DNA from: Candidatus Parcubacteria bacterium
Lineage (GTDB): Bacteria; Patescibacteriota; Minisyncoccia; Phycocordibacterales; UBA5272
NCBI GenBank assembly: GCA_039798825.1
Contig: JBDKFI010000002.1
Span: 1-34,198 of the forward strand
Direction: 5' to 3'
DNA length: 34,198 nt
Each line of letters opens with the position of its first letter. The first letter of the stretch is position 1. Below are positions 6,272 through 13,316 of this stretch, in pieces. Position numbers and translations under genes: made by a program. The notes beneath the pieces were generated by a model. It saw only the letters and a list, made by a program, of their open reading frames with translations, did not search any database and was not told the origin of the DNA.

Positions 6272-7009
6272 ATGAACTTCCCAATTTTGTACGAAGATAA
6301 ACATACGCTTGTGATCGACAAGCCGTGTGGCATTATGGTGCATCCAGATGACCGTCAAGACGAAGACACTATCGCTGGATGGATGGCACAAACCTACCCG
6401 ATGGACGGTGTGGGGGACAAAGGAAGGGAGGGTATCGTTCATCGTTTGGATAGAAACACGACAGGCGTGCTCATACTCGCGAAAGACAACATCGCTTTCA
6501 CTACATTCAAGAAGCAATTCAGGGATCACACGACACGCAAAGTGTATCGAGCTATTGTGGAGGGAAACATTAAACACGAAACAGGGATGATTTCTCTTCC
6601 TATCGCTCGTGCGAAGTCAGACTTCCGAAAGCGTACCGTTGTAGATCTTTTCTCTGGCGATGCGCGAGGGGGGGAGCGCGAAGCGATTACGCGCTACAAA
6701 GTGCTTGCTCGTTCAACCGGAGACGATGGCAAGCAGTATTCGTATGTGGAGTGCTACCCGCTCACAGGACGCACGCACCAGATCCGTGCGCACTTTAGAG
6801 GGATACGCCATCCAATCATTGGAGATGATTTGTACGGTTCTGCAACAGGAAAAGATAAGGCTCCTCGATCCATGCTGCACGCGCACTCGCTCACTATTCA
6901 AATTCCAGGGGAGTCGGAAGGATACACCGAAAAGACGTTTATGGCAGATGTGCCACAAGACATGAAAGAAACCCTCACAAAGCTTGGATTTGAACGGGAT
7001 GTCGCGTAA
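6272..7009 (+). CDS. RluA-family pseudouridine synthase (no S4 domain)
   Basis: ILYEDKHTLVIDKPCGIMVHP and HRLDRNTTGVLILAK (catalytic Asp motif). The ORF-track start at 6152 lies inside tRNA-Val, so the start was moved to MNFPILY. Confidence 0.85.
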   Translation: MNFPILYEDKHTLVIDKPCGIMVHPDDRQDEDTIAGWMAQTYPMDGVGDKGREGIVHRLDRNTTGVLILAKDNIAFTTFKKQFRDHTTRKVYRAIVEGNIKHETGMISLPIARAKSDFRKRTVVDLFSGDARGGEREAITRYKVLARSTGDDGKQYSYVECYPLTGRTHQIRAHFRGIRHPIIGDDLYGSATGKDKAPRSMLHAHSLTIQIPGESEGYTEKTFMADVPQDMKETLTKLGFERDVA

Positions 7010-7070
7010 GGTAAAGGGTATTGTCTAAAGGCTTTTTCCGTGCTATCATAGCCGAACGTAAACACTATTT

Positions 7071-7499
7071 ATGAAAACGACTATCAAACTCACCCCGGTT
7101 GACGTGGAGGCTCGCAAAGGACTTACTTTCGCCTCTGGTGACGTGGTTCGGGTGTGGAACAAAATCAAGGAAGCTGATGGAAAGACTCGCCTCCAAGCGT
7201 TTGAAGGTATGGTACTTGCTCGAAAGCACGGTACAGAGATTGGAGCGACGTTTACTGTTCGTCGTGTTGCTTCGGGTGTAGGTGTTGAACGAGTATTTCC
7301 ACTTTACTCTGTTATGATCGACAAGATCGAAATCGTTCGTCACTCAAAGACACGTCGAAGCAAGCTCTACTATGTTCGCGACAAGGCACTCCGCGATGTA
7401 CGTCGAAAGTTGAAGGCTGACACGAAGGTTGTGAAGAAAGGTGCTACAACAACCGTTGAAGCAGCAGTTGAAGAAGAGACACAAGAAGTCACTGCATAA
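7071..7499 (+). CDS. rplS: 50S ribosomal protein L19
   Basis: FASGDVVRVWNKIKEADGKTRLQAFEGMVLARKHGTEIGATFTVRRVASGVGVERVFPLYSVMIDKIEIV is a typical bL19, with a basic/acidic C-terminal extension. Confidence 0.95.
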   Translation: MKTTIKLTPVDVEARKGLTFASGDVVRVWNKIKEADGKTRLQAFEGMVLARKHGTEIGATFTVRRVASGVGVERVFPLYSVMIDKIEIVRHSKTRRSKLYYVRDKALRDVRRKLKADTKVVKKGATTTVEAAVEEETQEVTA

Positions 7500-7500
7500 C

Positions 7501-7529
7501 AAAAATCCACGCATATGCGTGGATTTTTA
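7501..7529. terminator. Bidirectional terminator between rplS and the SDR gene
   Basis: aaaaATCCACGCatatGCGTGGATtttt. Confidence 0.75.
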
Positions 7530-7530
7530 T

Positions 7531-8199
7531 TTACCAAGGATATTCTTTTCCTTCGTACCAGAATCTACCAGTAGCAGGGGAGGACGTGGCAAGTGTGTAG
7601 ATCTGCTCCGCAGCTTGCTTGGGAGTGTGGTCTGCATTTGTTCCTCCTATTGTGGTTTTTGTCCATCCTGGATGCACCGAGGAAACAATCGCGTGCCTCT
7701 CGAGTCGCAGTGCGAGTGTACGTGTGTACATGTTGAGTGCTGCCTTTGAGATTTTGTAGGAAGGGTAGTGTCCTTCGTGATGGCTTTCGTGTCCTACAAG
7801 CGAAAGCGATCCCGCAGACGATGATACGTTCACAATGTGTGCGCTTTCTTCCAAGAGTGGAATGATGCGCTCGGTGAAGTCGATGGTGCCGATGAGATTT
7901 ACTGCGAGTGTTTGTGTCAGTGTTTCTCGAACTACCGCTGTTTCATTTTCATCGACGAGTGTCCCTGCGTTATTGACGAGGATGGAGATCTTGATATCTT
8001 GTGCTTGAATGGTTTGCACACAGTCTTCGATGCTTTCTTCTGAAGCGAGGTCCAAGGTGAGCGTTGTCGTGTTCTGAAGTGGCGCGATTTCAGTTTCGTG
8101 TTCCACGGTGCCGATCACCTGGTAATCAGCTGCCATGAAGCGCTCTGCGAGCGCACGACCGATACCTCTTGCAACACCTGTGATGAGAACTGTTTTCAT
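7531..8199 (-). CDS. Short-chain dehydrogenase/reductase (SDR)
   Basis: MKTVLITGVARGIGRALAERF (TGxxxGxG), NNAG, and an SxxxxxxxxxxxxYxxSK catalytic region (YKISKAALN). Confidence 0.85.
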   Translation of the reverse strand: MKTVLITGVARGIGRALAERFMAADYQVIGTVEHETEIAPLQNTTTLTLDLASEESIEDCVQTIQAQDIKISILVNNAGTLVDENETAVVRETLTQTLAVNLIGTIDFTERIIPLLEESAHIVNVSSSAGSLSLVGHESHHEGHYPSYKISKAALNMYTRTLALRLERHAIVSSVHPGWTKTTIGGTNADHTPKQAAEQIYTLATSSPATGRFWYEGKEYPW

Positions 8200-8205
8200 G
8201 AGGGT

Positions 8206-8211
8206 AGTATA
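8206..8211 (-). promoter_or_regulatory. -10 box TATACT, 6 nt upstream of the SDR ATG
   Basis: Reverse strand reads ctgcTATACTaccctcATG. Confidence 0.5.
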
Positions 8212-8286
8212 GCAGGAGGGGGATCAAATGGCTTTGACACAATTTTTGTAGTTTGTGTGCGGTGGTGCAGGGGATTAGAATTCAGA

Positions 8287-9009
8287 TTAACTTTTCTGTA
8301 CTGAAATAAAGAAATGCTGAAAAGGGAATGAGTATTTGTTCTGGTCTAAGTATTTTGAAGAAAGATAATCCTCAAGTTCTGATTTGTGTTTCAAAAACTG
8401 AAGTTTATTCTCTGGGATTCCATTTCCAAAAACAAATGAAAGAGCATTAACCATATCTTCTAATTTATTAGTTGTTACATGGGTGATAACTTTTCTTATT
8501 GAAACAGTTCCATAAGATTCTAAAATTGAAAGAATGGATTGATACCCATGAATATTTTTATCAAACTGTTGTTCATTAATATATTCCAATAATTTATTCC
8601 AATCATCATCCTCACCTCTATAGCTTACAAGGAGGAGAATTCCTTGTGGTGAAACAAGTTCCCACGCTCGAGATAGAAAAGGTCGATGATTTTCCTCAGT
8701 GTATGAAAGTGAATGAGATGAAAGAACTACATCAAATGTCCCAGGAACATCCACGGGAAATCTTCCTTCTATCACCCTCAGTCCTCCTTCCTTTAGAAGG
8801 GATACAAATGTTGTTTTTGATTCCACTGCTACATATTGTTCAACTTTCTTCGAAAGTGGGAGTGCGAGTTCTCCGTTGCCTGCACCTATATCGAGTAATG
8901 ATCCGGCGTCAATTTTTTGAATTTCTTTCGTAATCTCCTCAAGTAAAATCTTCTTCTCATCGGTATGAGACATAAAGATCTCAAAATCATTCTTGTAAGC
9001 CTCTTCCAT
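8287..9009 (-). CDS. Class I SAM-dependent methyltransferase
   Basis: LLDIGAGNGELALPL (motif I) and DVVLSSHSLSY. The gene is visibly more AT-rich than its neighbours. Confidence 0.8.
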   Translation of the reverse strand: MEEAYKNDFEIFMSHTDEKKILLEEITKEIQKIDAGSLLDIGAGNGELALPLSKKVEQYVAVESKTTFVSLLKEGGLRVIEGRFPVDVPGTFDVVLSSHSLSYTEENHRPFLSRAWELVSPQGILLLVSYRGEDDDWNKLLEYINEQQFDKNIHGYQSILSILESYGTVSIRKVITHVTTNKLEDMVNALSFVFGNGIPENKLQFLKHKSELEDYLSSKYLDQNKYSFPFQHFFISVQKS

Positions 9010-9015
9010 TCCAGA

Positions 9016-9021
9016 AGTATA
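9016..9021 (-). promoter_or_regulatory. -10 box TATACT, 6 nt upstream of the methyltransferase ATG
   Basis: Reverse strand reads ctggTATACTtctggaATG. Confidence 0.5.
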
Positions 9022-9083
9022 CCAGTTCCACCCCCCGAAAAGACCTACCTAGAAACCCTTTATTTATATACCTAAAATAATTG

Positions 9084-9290
9084 GTGTGCCTATCGGGAAT
9101 TTCTTCGACAAGTTTTCTTTCGTCGCCACTCAAGAAACTCGCCTCCCGCTCCTCGTTGTTGTGCGTGCTCGCACAACATACTCCGGACTTTCGAATCCCG
9201 CCCGCAAGCAAAGCAGTTTGCTTGCTTAGGCCCAAAGTACAAAAACGGCCAGTAAAGCCGTTTTTGTATTTTGTGTGCCTATCGGGATTC
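9084..9290. repeat. Cluster of tRNA-His 3'-end copies: a direct 15-mer copy plus a convergent inverted copy interrupted by a hairpin
   Basis: gtgtgcctatcggga occurs at 9084-9098 and at 9273-9287. On the + strand, ttcgaatcccg (9190-9200), then a 26-nt insert (9201-9226), then taggcccaaagtacaaaaacggc (9227-9249) mirror the tRNA T-loop/acceptor end plus trailer. Confidence 0.85.
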
Positions 9291-9346
9291 GAACCCGAAC
9301 TGAGGGCTCCACAAGCCCGCGTGCTAACCATTACACTATAGGCACC
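9274..9346 (-). tRNA. tRNA-His (anticodon GUG) with an encoded G-1
   Basis: Reverse strand: G GTGCCTA TA GTGT AATGGTTA GCAC G CGGGC TTGTGGA GCCCT CAGT TCGGG TTCGAAT CCCGA TAGGCAC A. The extra 5' G is the His identity element. Confidence 0.9.
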
Positions 9347-9509
9347 ATGTTCAGTTCCTTTTCAGGAATCAGGTTTTTACTCTACCACATTTTATTCGTT
9401 TTTTGAAGGGCAGGGGAAGGTGGTGGTGGCGTAGAGTCTTGCCGCATGGGCATCTCTTTTTCTTTATCCATTTCCGTGGTAGTATTTCAATACTCTACAA
9501 GAGTCATCT

Positions 9510-9593
9510 GCCCAGGTGGCGAAACTGGTAGACGCACTACCTTGAGGTGGTAGCGCTGGCAACGGCATGGAGGTTCAAGTCCTCTCCTGGGCA
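9510..9593 (+). tRNA. tRNA-Leu (anticodon GAG)
   Basis: Acceptor GCCCAGG/CCTGGGC, anticodon arm CTACC-TTGAGGT-GGTAG, long variable arm, and T-arm GGAGGTTCAAGTCCTCT. Confidence 0.9.
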
Positions 9594-9600
9594 CAACAAA

Positions 9601-9632
9601 ACAAAACACTGACTTCTTTGTCAGTGTTTTGT
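9601..9632. terminator. Bidirectional terminator after tRNA-Leu and the PAP2 gene
   Basis: acaaaaCACTGACttctttGTCAGTGttttgt. Confidence 0.7.
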
Positions 9633-9647
9633 GTAGACCTCAACTTT

Positions 9648-10286
9648 TTAGTGCTTCGTACCTCTCCATGTTTTTCCCACTGCAACACCGATCACGGTTC
9701 CAATAATTGCACCTGCGACGAATTCGGAAAACCAGTGGATTCTAAGTGAGACACCAATCCCGATGTAGAACGCATAGGTGTATGCAAGGATGTGGACTGA
9801 AGGATATTTCTTTCCAAGAAATGTCGTGAGTGCAAACACTATAGAAAATGCGACAGTTGTGTGTGATGATGGCCAGCCCCAGAAAATCCCGTGTTCAAGA
9901 AATCCAAACTGAAAGTTTCGACTACTGTCATGGATGATGTCGAGTACGTTTGGCTGCACTCTTCCGGTGAACGCTTTGTACAATGATGATATCGCCCAGC
10001 CTAAGAATGCTGCTTGTGCCAGCATCCACCCAATCACTTTCGCTTGCGTATCGTTGCGAACTAGTCCAACGATAAGCAACACAAAGGGGAGAAGTATCGG
10101 GATCAGGAAGCCACCGAAAAGCGCGGGGTTAAAAAATGCATTCAAGGTTTCTCCGCGTACGAAAAGAAAGTACTGCCAATCAAATCCAGAAAGAACAATG
10201 ATGCCGGTAAGTATGGCAGCACACAGTTGCCAGAGTAGATTCTTGCCAGTGAAACTATCTACGAGGATGCGTTTCAAGTTGTTCAT
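9648..10286 (-). CDS. PAP2-superfamily membrane phosphatase
   Basis: Polytopic. It has KAFTGRVQP, WPSSHT and SLRIHWFSEFVAG, resembling the KxxxxxxRP / PSGH / SRxxxxxHxxxD motifs. Start chosen at MNNLKRIL, which makes an ATGA overlap with the HxlR stop. Confidence 0.65.
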   Translation of the reverse strand: MNNLKRILVDSFTGKNLLWQLCAAILTGIIVLSGFDWQYFLFVRGETLNAFFNPALFGGFLIPILLPFVLLIVGLVRNDTQAKVIGWMLAQAAFLGWAISSLYKAFTGRVQPNVLDIIHDSSRNFQFGFLEHGIFWGWPSSHTTVAFSIVFALTTFLGKKYPSVHILAYTYAFYIGIGVSLRIHWFSEFVAGAIIGTVIGVAVGKTWRGTKH

Positions 10287-10600
10287 CGTGTAAGTAGTTT
10301 GCCACACTTCCTCATTTCTTCAATGAGTCCACTTAATTTCATGCCTTGTTTGGTGAGTTCATACTCAACTCGAGGTGGGCGCTCCTTAAACGCTGTGCGT
10401 GTGATGAGTTTGTGACCCTCAAGCATTTTAAGTTTATTCGTAATAGTGCGTGAACTTATAGGCGCAAGGGAGAGTTCGAGTTGATTAAATCGCTTTACAC
10501 CACCCAAAAGATCGCGAATAAGGAGAAGTGTGCACTCATCGCCAAGAAGCTCCGCCATATGTGCCACAGGACATACATCTTTTCGATGTGTAGGTTGCAT
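10283..10600 (-). CDS. HxlR-family (MarR-like winged-helix) transcriptional regulator
   Basis: CPVAHMAELLGDECTLLLIRDLLGGVKRFNQLELSLAPISSRTITNKLKMLEGHKLITRTAFKERPPRVEYELTKQG. Start moved to MQPTHRK, which has a -10 box 6 nt upstream. Confidence 0.85.
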   Translation of the reverse strand: MQPTHRKDVCPVAHMAELLGDECTLLLIRDLLGGVKRFNQLELSLAPISSRTITNKLKMLEGHKLITRTAFKERPPRVEYELTKQGMKLSGLIEEMRKCGKLLTR

Positions 10601-10606
10601 GGGTGT

Positions 10607-10612
10607 AGTATA
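10607..10612 (-). promoter_or_regulatory. -10 box TATACT, 6 nt upstream of the HxlR ATG
   Basis: Reverse strand reads gttaTATACTacacccATG. Confidence 0.5.
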
Positions 10613-10682
10613 TAACACTTTACAAAGTAAAGTAAACAGCTTACACTGAATGCACACTACTCAGTAATCACCACACTTCATC

Positions 10683-11213
10683 ATGAAAACATACATTGCA
10701 CTATCTGGAAGTTTACGAAAGGATTCCTACAACACTCATCTTTTGCACGCAGCACAGGAGCTTGCGGGGGAGGGTGTTCAGATTAAGATCTTCGACATCT
10801 CACCACTCCCATTTTTTAATCAGGATATGGAAGGAGCGTTTCCATCTGAGGCTCAGGCGCTTAAGGATGCAATTGAATCATCAGACGGTGTTATCTTTGC
10901 GACCCCTGAATACAATAGATCAATTCCGGGTGTTCTTAAAAACGCAATTGACTGGGCATCTCGTCCATGGGGAAAGAATTCGTTCAAAGGAAAGAAGGTG
11001 CTCGTGCTCGGCGCATCAGTCGGCGCGATTTCTACAGCACTAGCTCAGTATCACCTCAAGCAAATCATGAACTATCTTGACGCTCGTGTGCTTGGACAGC
11101 CAGAGTTTTATTTGGGTGATGCACAAGGAAAGTTTGATGCGGAGGGGCGTCTTACTGACGAACAAACAAGGGCTCATGTAAAGGTAGCGCTTGATGCGCT
11201 CGCGCAGGCGTAG
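10683..11213 (+). CDS. NAD(P)H-dependent FMN reductase family oxidoreductase
   Basis: ALSGSLRKDSYNTHLL...FATPEYNRSIPGVLKNAIDWASRP. It is divergent from the HxlR regulator, a common pairing. Confidence 0.85.
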   Translation: MKTYIALSGSLRKDSYNTHLLHAAQELAGEGVQIKIFDISPLPFFNQDMEGAFPSEAQALKDAIESSDGVIFATPEYNRSIPGVLKNAIDWASRPWGKNSFKGKKVLVLGASVGAISTALAQYHLKQIMNYLDARVLGQPEFYLGDAQGKFDAEGRLTDEQTRAHVKVALDALAQA

Positions 11214-11225
11214 GTAGAGAGAGGT

Positions 11226-11260
11226 AAAAACAGGCCGCACGATCGTGCGGCCTGTTTTGT
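11226..11260. terminator. Bidirectional terminator
   Basis: aaaaACAGGCCGCACgatcGTGCGGCCTGTtttgttt. Confidence 0.75.
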
Positions 11261-12463
11261 TTATCGTCCAAAGAGATACTTTCGTACGAGCTCGTTGTCT
11301 TTTTTCCAAATGATATTGTCGATAAAGTAGTGGTGGATATTAATGAAGAGAATAAATGAAATGAGAAATGTTGGAGCAGAGAACAGAGGTGTAGTTTTGT
11401 GCATATCCAAGTAGTGCGGCACAAACCAAAACAGAAGCGCGCCAGACACAATGGTAAAGAGTGAAAATCTAAGCAGTGAGAGCGTTGCACGTTCGTTTAC
11501 CTCATCTGGAAGACCTACATCACGCGCTTCGGATATGTGTTTGTTTGTTGCGTAGACACGCACGAGTGCAAGGTATTGTAGTGAGTGAAGAAATGGAATG
11601 ACATAGAAATATGCAGGGTGTGAAAAAAGTGGTACATACCATAGGTAGATAGATACGAAAGCAAGGATGCCGGCCACGTGCGGGAAGGTTTTAGTTTGTA
11701 GATAACGGATCACGTGGAAGTAGATGATGTATGAAAGTGTCACAAGCAGTGCAGCCATAAGTGTGAAGGTGATCAGTTTTCCAAGCATGAGCGGGACTGT
11801 TTGAATACCAACCAAGAGGAGTGCGTGGTGGAGATAGTTTGTGATGTTTAGTCCGGTGTAAGAGAGGCCGTAGAAGGTAAAGGTGGTTCCGTAGAGATTT
11901 GCAGGCACCCATGCGATGGCCCAGAGTATGTACAGATTGGTGAGCACAATGTTTCTTTCGAATGCGTTGTAGAAAAAGTTTTTAAAGATATTCGAAACAA
12001 CAAGACAGCCAAATATTTGCTTCACGTAGTGCCAACCAACAGTGAAGAACATGATGTTGATCGCAAGTCCAAGAAGATAGGTGCTCGATTGGAGGTGCGC
12101 AGTGACGAGTAGTGTAAGGAGTACAAGTGGTACGATTGTCGACACCCAAAGGTATCGCACACTGCTTGAGAGTTTGTGCCTATTTTCTTTGTACAAAATA
12201 TAGTACGAGGCCATGAAATGCGGATAGTTCACGAGAAAGGCAAGTGAAAATGCAACAGTAGATACAACAGGTACTGCATCTTTGTGCACAAAGAGTGTAA
12301 AGAGTATATAGAGCAGTATTGAGCATCCCCCCATGAGGAACGCCTCTGTGTTTCCGATACGTTTAAGGGCAAGTGCTTCAGGTTCTTGAGTCATAGATCT
12401 TCTAAGAGTACTCCCAAGTGCACTTCTCCGGAAGGGGAAAGTGGCAAGTGATATACTGCGCAT
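11261..12463 (-). CDS. Polytopic membrane protein with conserved His motifs, function unknown
   Basis: About 10 hydrophobic segments with motifs NYPHFMASY, WHYVKQIFG, FLHSLQY and NIHHYFIDNIIWK. The start is uncertain; an in-frame alternative Met lies at 12394. Confidence 0.65.
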   Translation of the reverse strand: MRSISLATFPFRRSALGSTLRRSMTQEPEALALKRIGNTEAFLMGGCSILLYILFTLFVHKDAVPVVSTVAFSLAFLVNYPHFMASYYILYKENRHKLSSSVRYLWVSTIVPLVLLTLLVTAHLQSSTYLLGLAINIMFFTVGWHYVKQIFGCLVVSNIFKNFFYNAFERNIVLTNLYILWAIAWVPANLYGTTFTFYGLSYTGLNITNYLHHALLLVGIQTVPLMLGKLITFTLMAALLVTLSYIIYFHVIRYLQTKTFPHVAGILAFVSIYLWYVPLFSHPAYFYVIPFLHSLQYLALVRVYATNKHISEARDVGLPDEVNERATLSLLRFSLFTIVSGALLFWFVPHYLDMHKTTPLFSAPTFLISFILFINIHHYFIDNIIWKKDNELVRKYLFGR

Positions 12464-12466
12464 ACT

Positions 12467-12907
12467 ATGGATGAGCCTGTTTTGTTTTACGAGCGTGAAT
12501 ATTACGTATTCTCTAATTTCTCCTCATTTGCTATTGAGTGGAAAGGAAGAGTGTGGATGACATCAGAGCATGTGTATCACTCAGAGCGTTTTGACGACAC
12601 AAAAATGAAAGATGAAATTCATTCGATGCGTTCTGCTCACGATGCTTTTACCTATGCTCAAGTGAACAAACTACTTCAGCGAAAGGATTGGAATGACATT
12701 AAGACAGTCGTTATGAAAAAGATACTTCACGCAAAGGTTGTACAGCATGCATATGTGAAGAAGAAGCTTCTCGAATCTGGTAGTCGTGAAATTATCGAAA
12801 ACTCTTGGCAAGATGATTTTTGGGGCTGGGGCGCAAACAAAGATGGCAAGAACATGCTTGGCAAGCTTTGGATGGAAGTGCGAGACGAAGTTCGTCAGTC
12901 GGCGTAA
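12467..12907 (+). CDS. NADAR-family (YbiA/DUF1768-like) protein
   Basis: FYEREYYVFSNFSSFAIEWKGRVWMTSEHVYHSERF...DDFWGWGANKDGKNMLGKLWMEVR, the characteristic NADAR motifs. Confidence 0.8.
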   Translation: MDEPVLFYEREYYVFSNFSSFAIEWKGRVWMTSEHVYHSERFDDTKMKDEIHSMRSAHDAFTYAQVNKLLQRKDWNDIKTVVMKKILHAKVVQHAYVKKKLLESGSREIIENSWQDDFWGWGANKDGKNMLGKLWMEVRDEVRQSA

Positions 12908-12911
12908 GTGG

Positions 12912-12917
12912 TATACT
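12912..12917 (+). promoter_or_regulatory. -10 box TATACT (extended TGgTATACT), 6 nt upstream of ATG 12924
   Basis: gtgGTATACTttcctcATG. Confidence 0.55.
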
Positions 12918-12923
12918 TTCCTC

Positions 12924-13316
12924 ATGAAGGACTCCTCGCTCCCACATGTTCACATGGACAGGTACCCTAAACTTGTGAAGGAGGGTGTGTTTATTGTGGA
13001 CGATCAAGTGTGGAGCACTCAGAAGCGCATCGCCCGCATCTACGGAAGAAGCATTCCAACCATCAACGATCACTTAAAAAAGATTTACAAAGAAAAAGAA
13101 TTAATGAAAGCAGCAAGTGAGCGTGAGATCGTCGTGACACAAACTGAAGGAAAAAAGAAAGTAGCGCGAAAGGTGTTTGTCTATAATGCAGATATGGTGA
13201 TCGCTATTGGGTTTCGCGTGAAAGGTGAGTGGGGGAAGGAGTTCCGTGTCTGGGCGCGCGAAGTGGTACGAGAAAGCTATGATCCGAAGGATCAGATCAG
13301 GCACCTTATGAAGTAA
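12924..13316 (+). CDS. RhuM-family N-terminal domain protein (short, possibly truncated)
   Basis: WSTQKRIARIYGRSIPTINDHLKKIYKEKEL...VFVYNADMVIAIGFRVKGEWGKEFRVWAREVV resembles the RhuM N-terminal region. It is only 130 aa, and its end overlaps the convergent FAD-oxidase stop by 11 nt. Confidence 0.65.
   Translation: MKDSSLPHVHMDRYPKLVKEGVFIVDDQVWSTQKRIARIYGRSIPTINDHLKKIYKEKELMKAASEREIVVTQTEGKKKVARKVFVYNADMVIAIGFRVKGEWGKEFRVWAREVVRESYDPKDQIRHLMK

Noticed and set aside
9186-9200. GAAAGTCCGG on the minus strand, identical to the RNase P RNA P4 5' strand core
   Set aside because: The motif arises because the palindromic TTCGAA T-loop copy is read backwards. No complementary P4 3' strand is present. 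The available non-coding space of about 140 nt is far too short.
9084-9250. tmRNA-like look of the + strand: a 5' GGTGTGCCTA...TTCGAC element and a 3' GGAC..TTCGAATCCCGCC element
   Set aside because: It is only about 165 nt and has no tag-peptide reading frame ending in a stop. It has no intact T-stem, no G-U at the 3:70 position and no CCA end. The similarity is explained by the pieces being copies of the tRNA-His 3' end.
8987-9341. ORFs 8987..9331 (-) and 9081..9341 (+)
   Set aside because: They run through tRNA-His, its terminator and the tRNA-fragment repeats. There is no coding signature.
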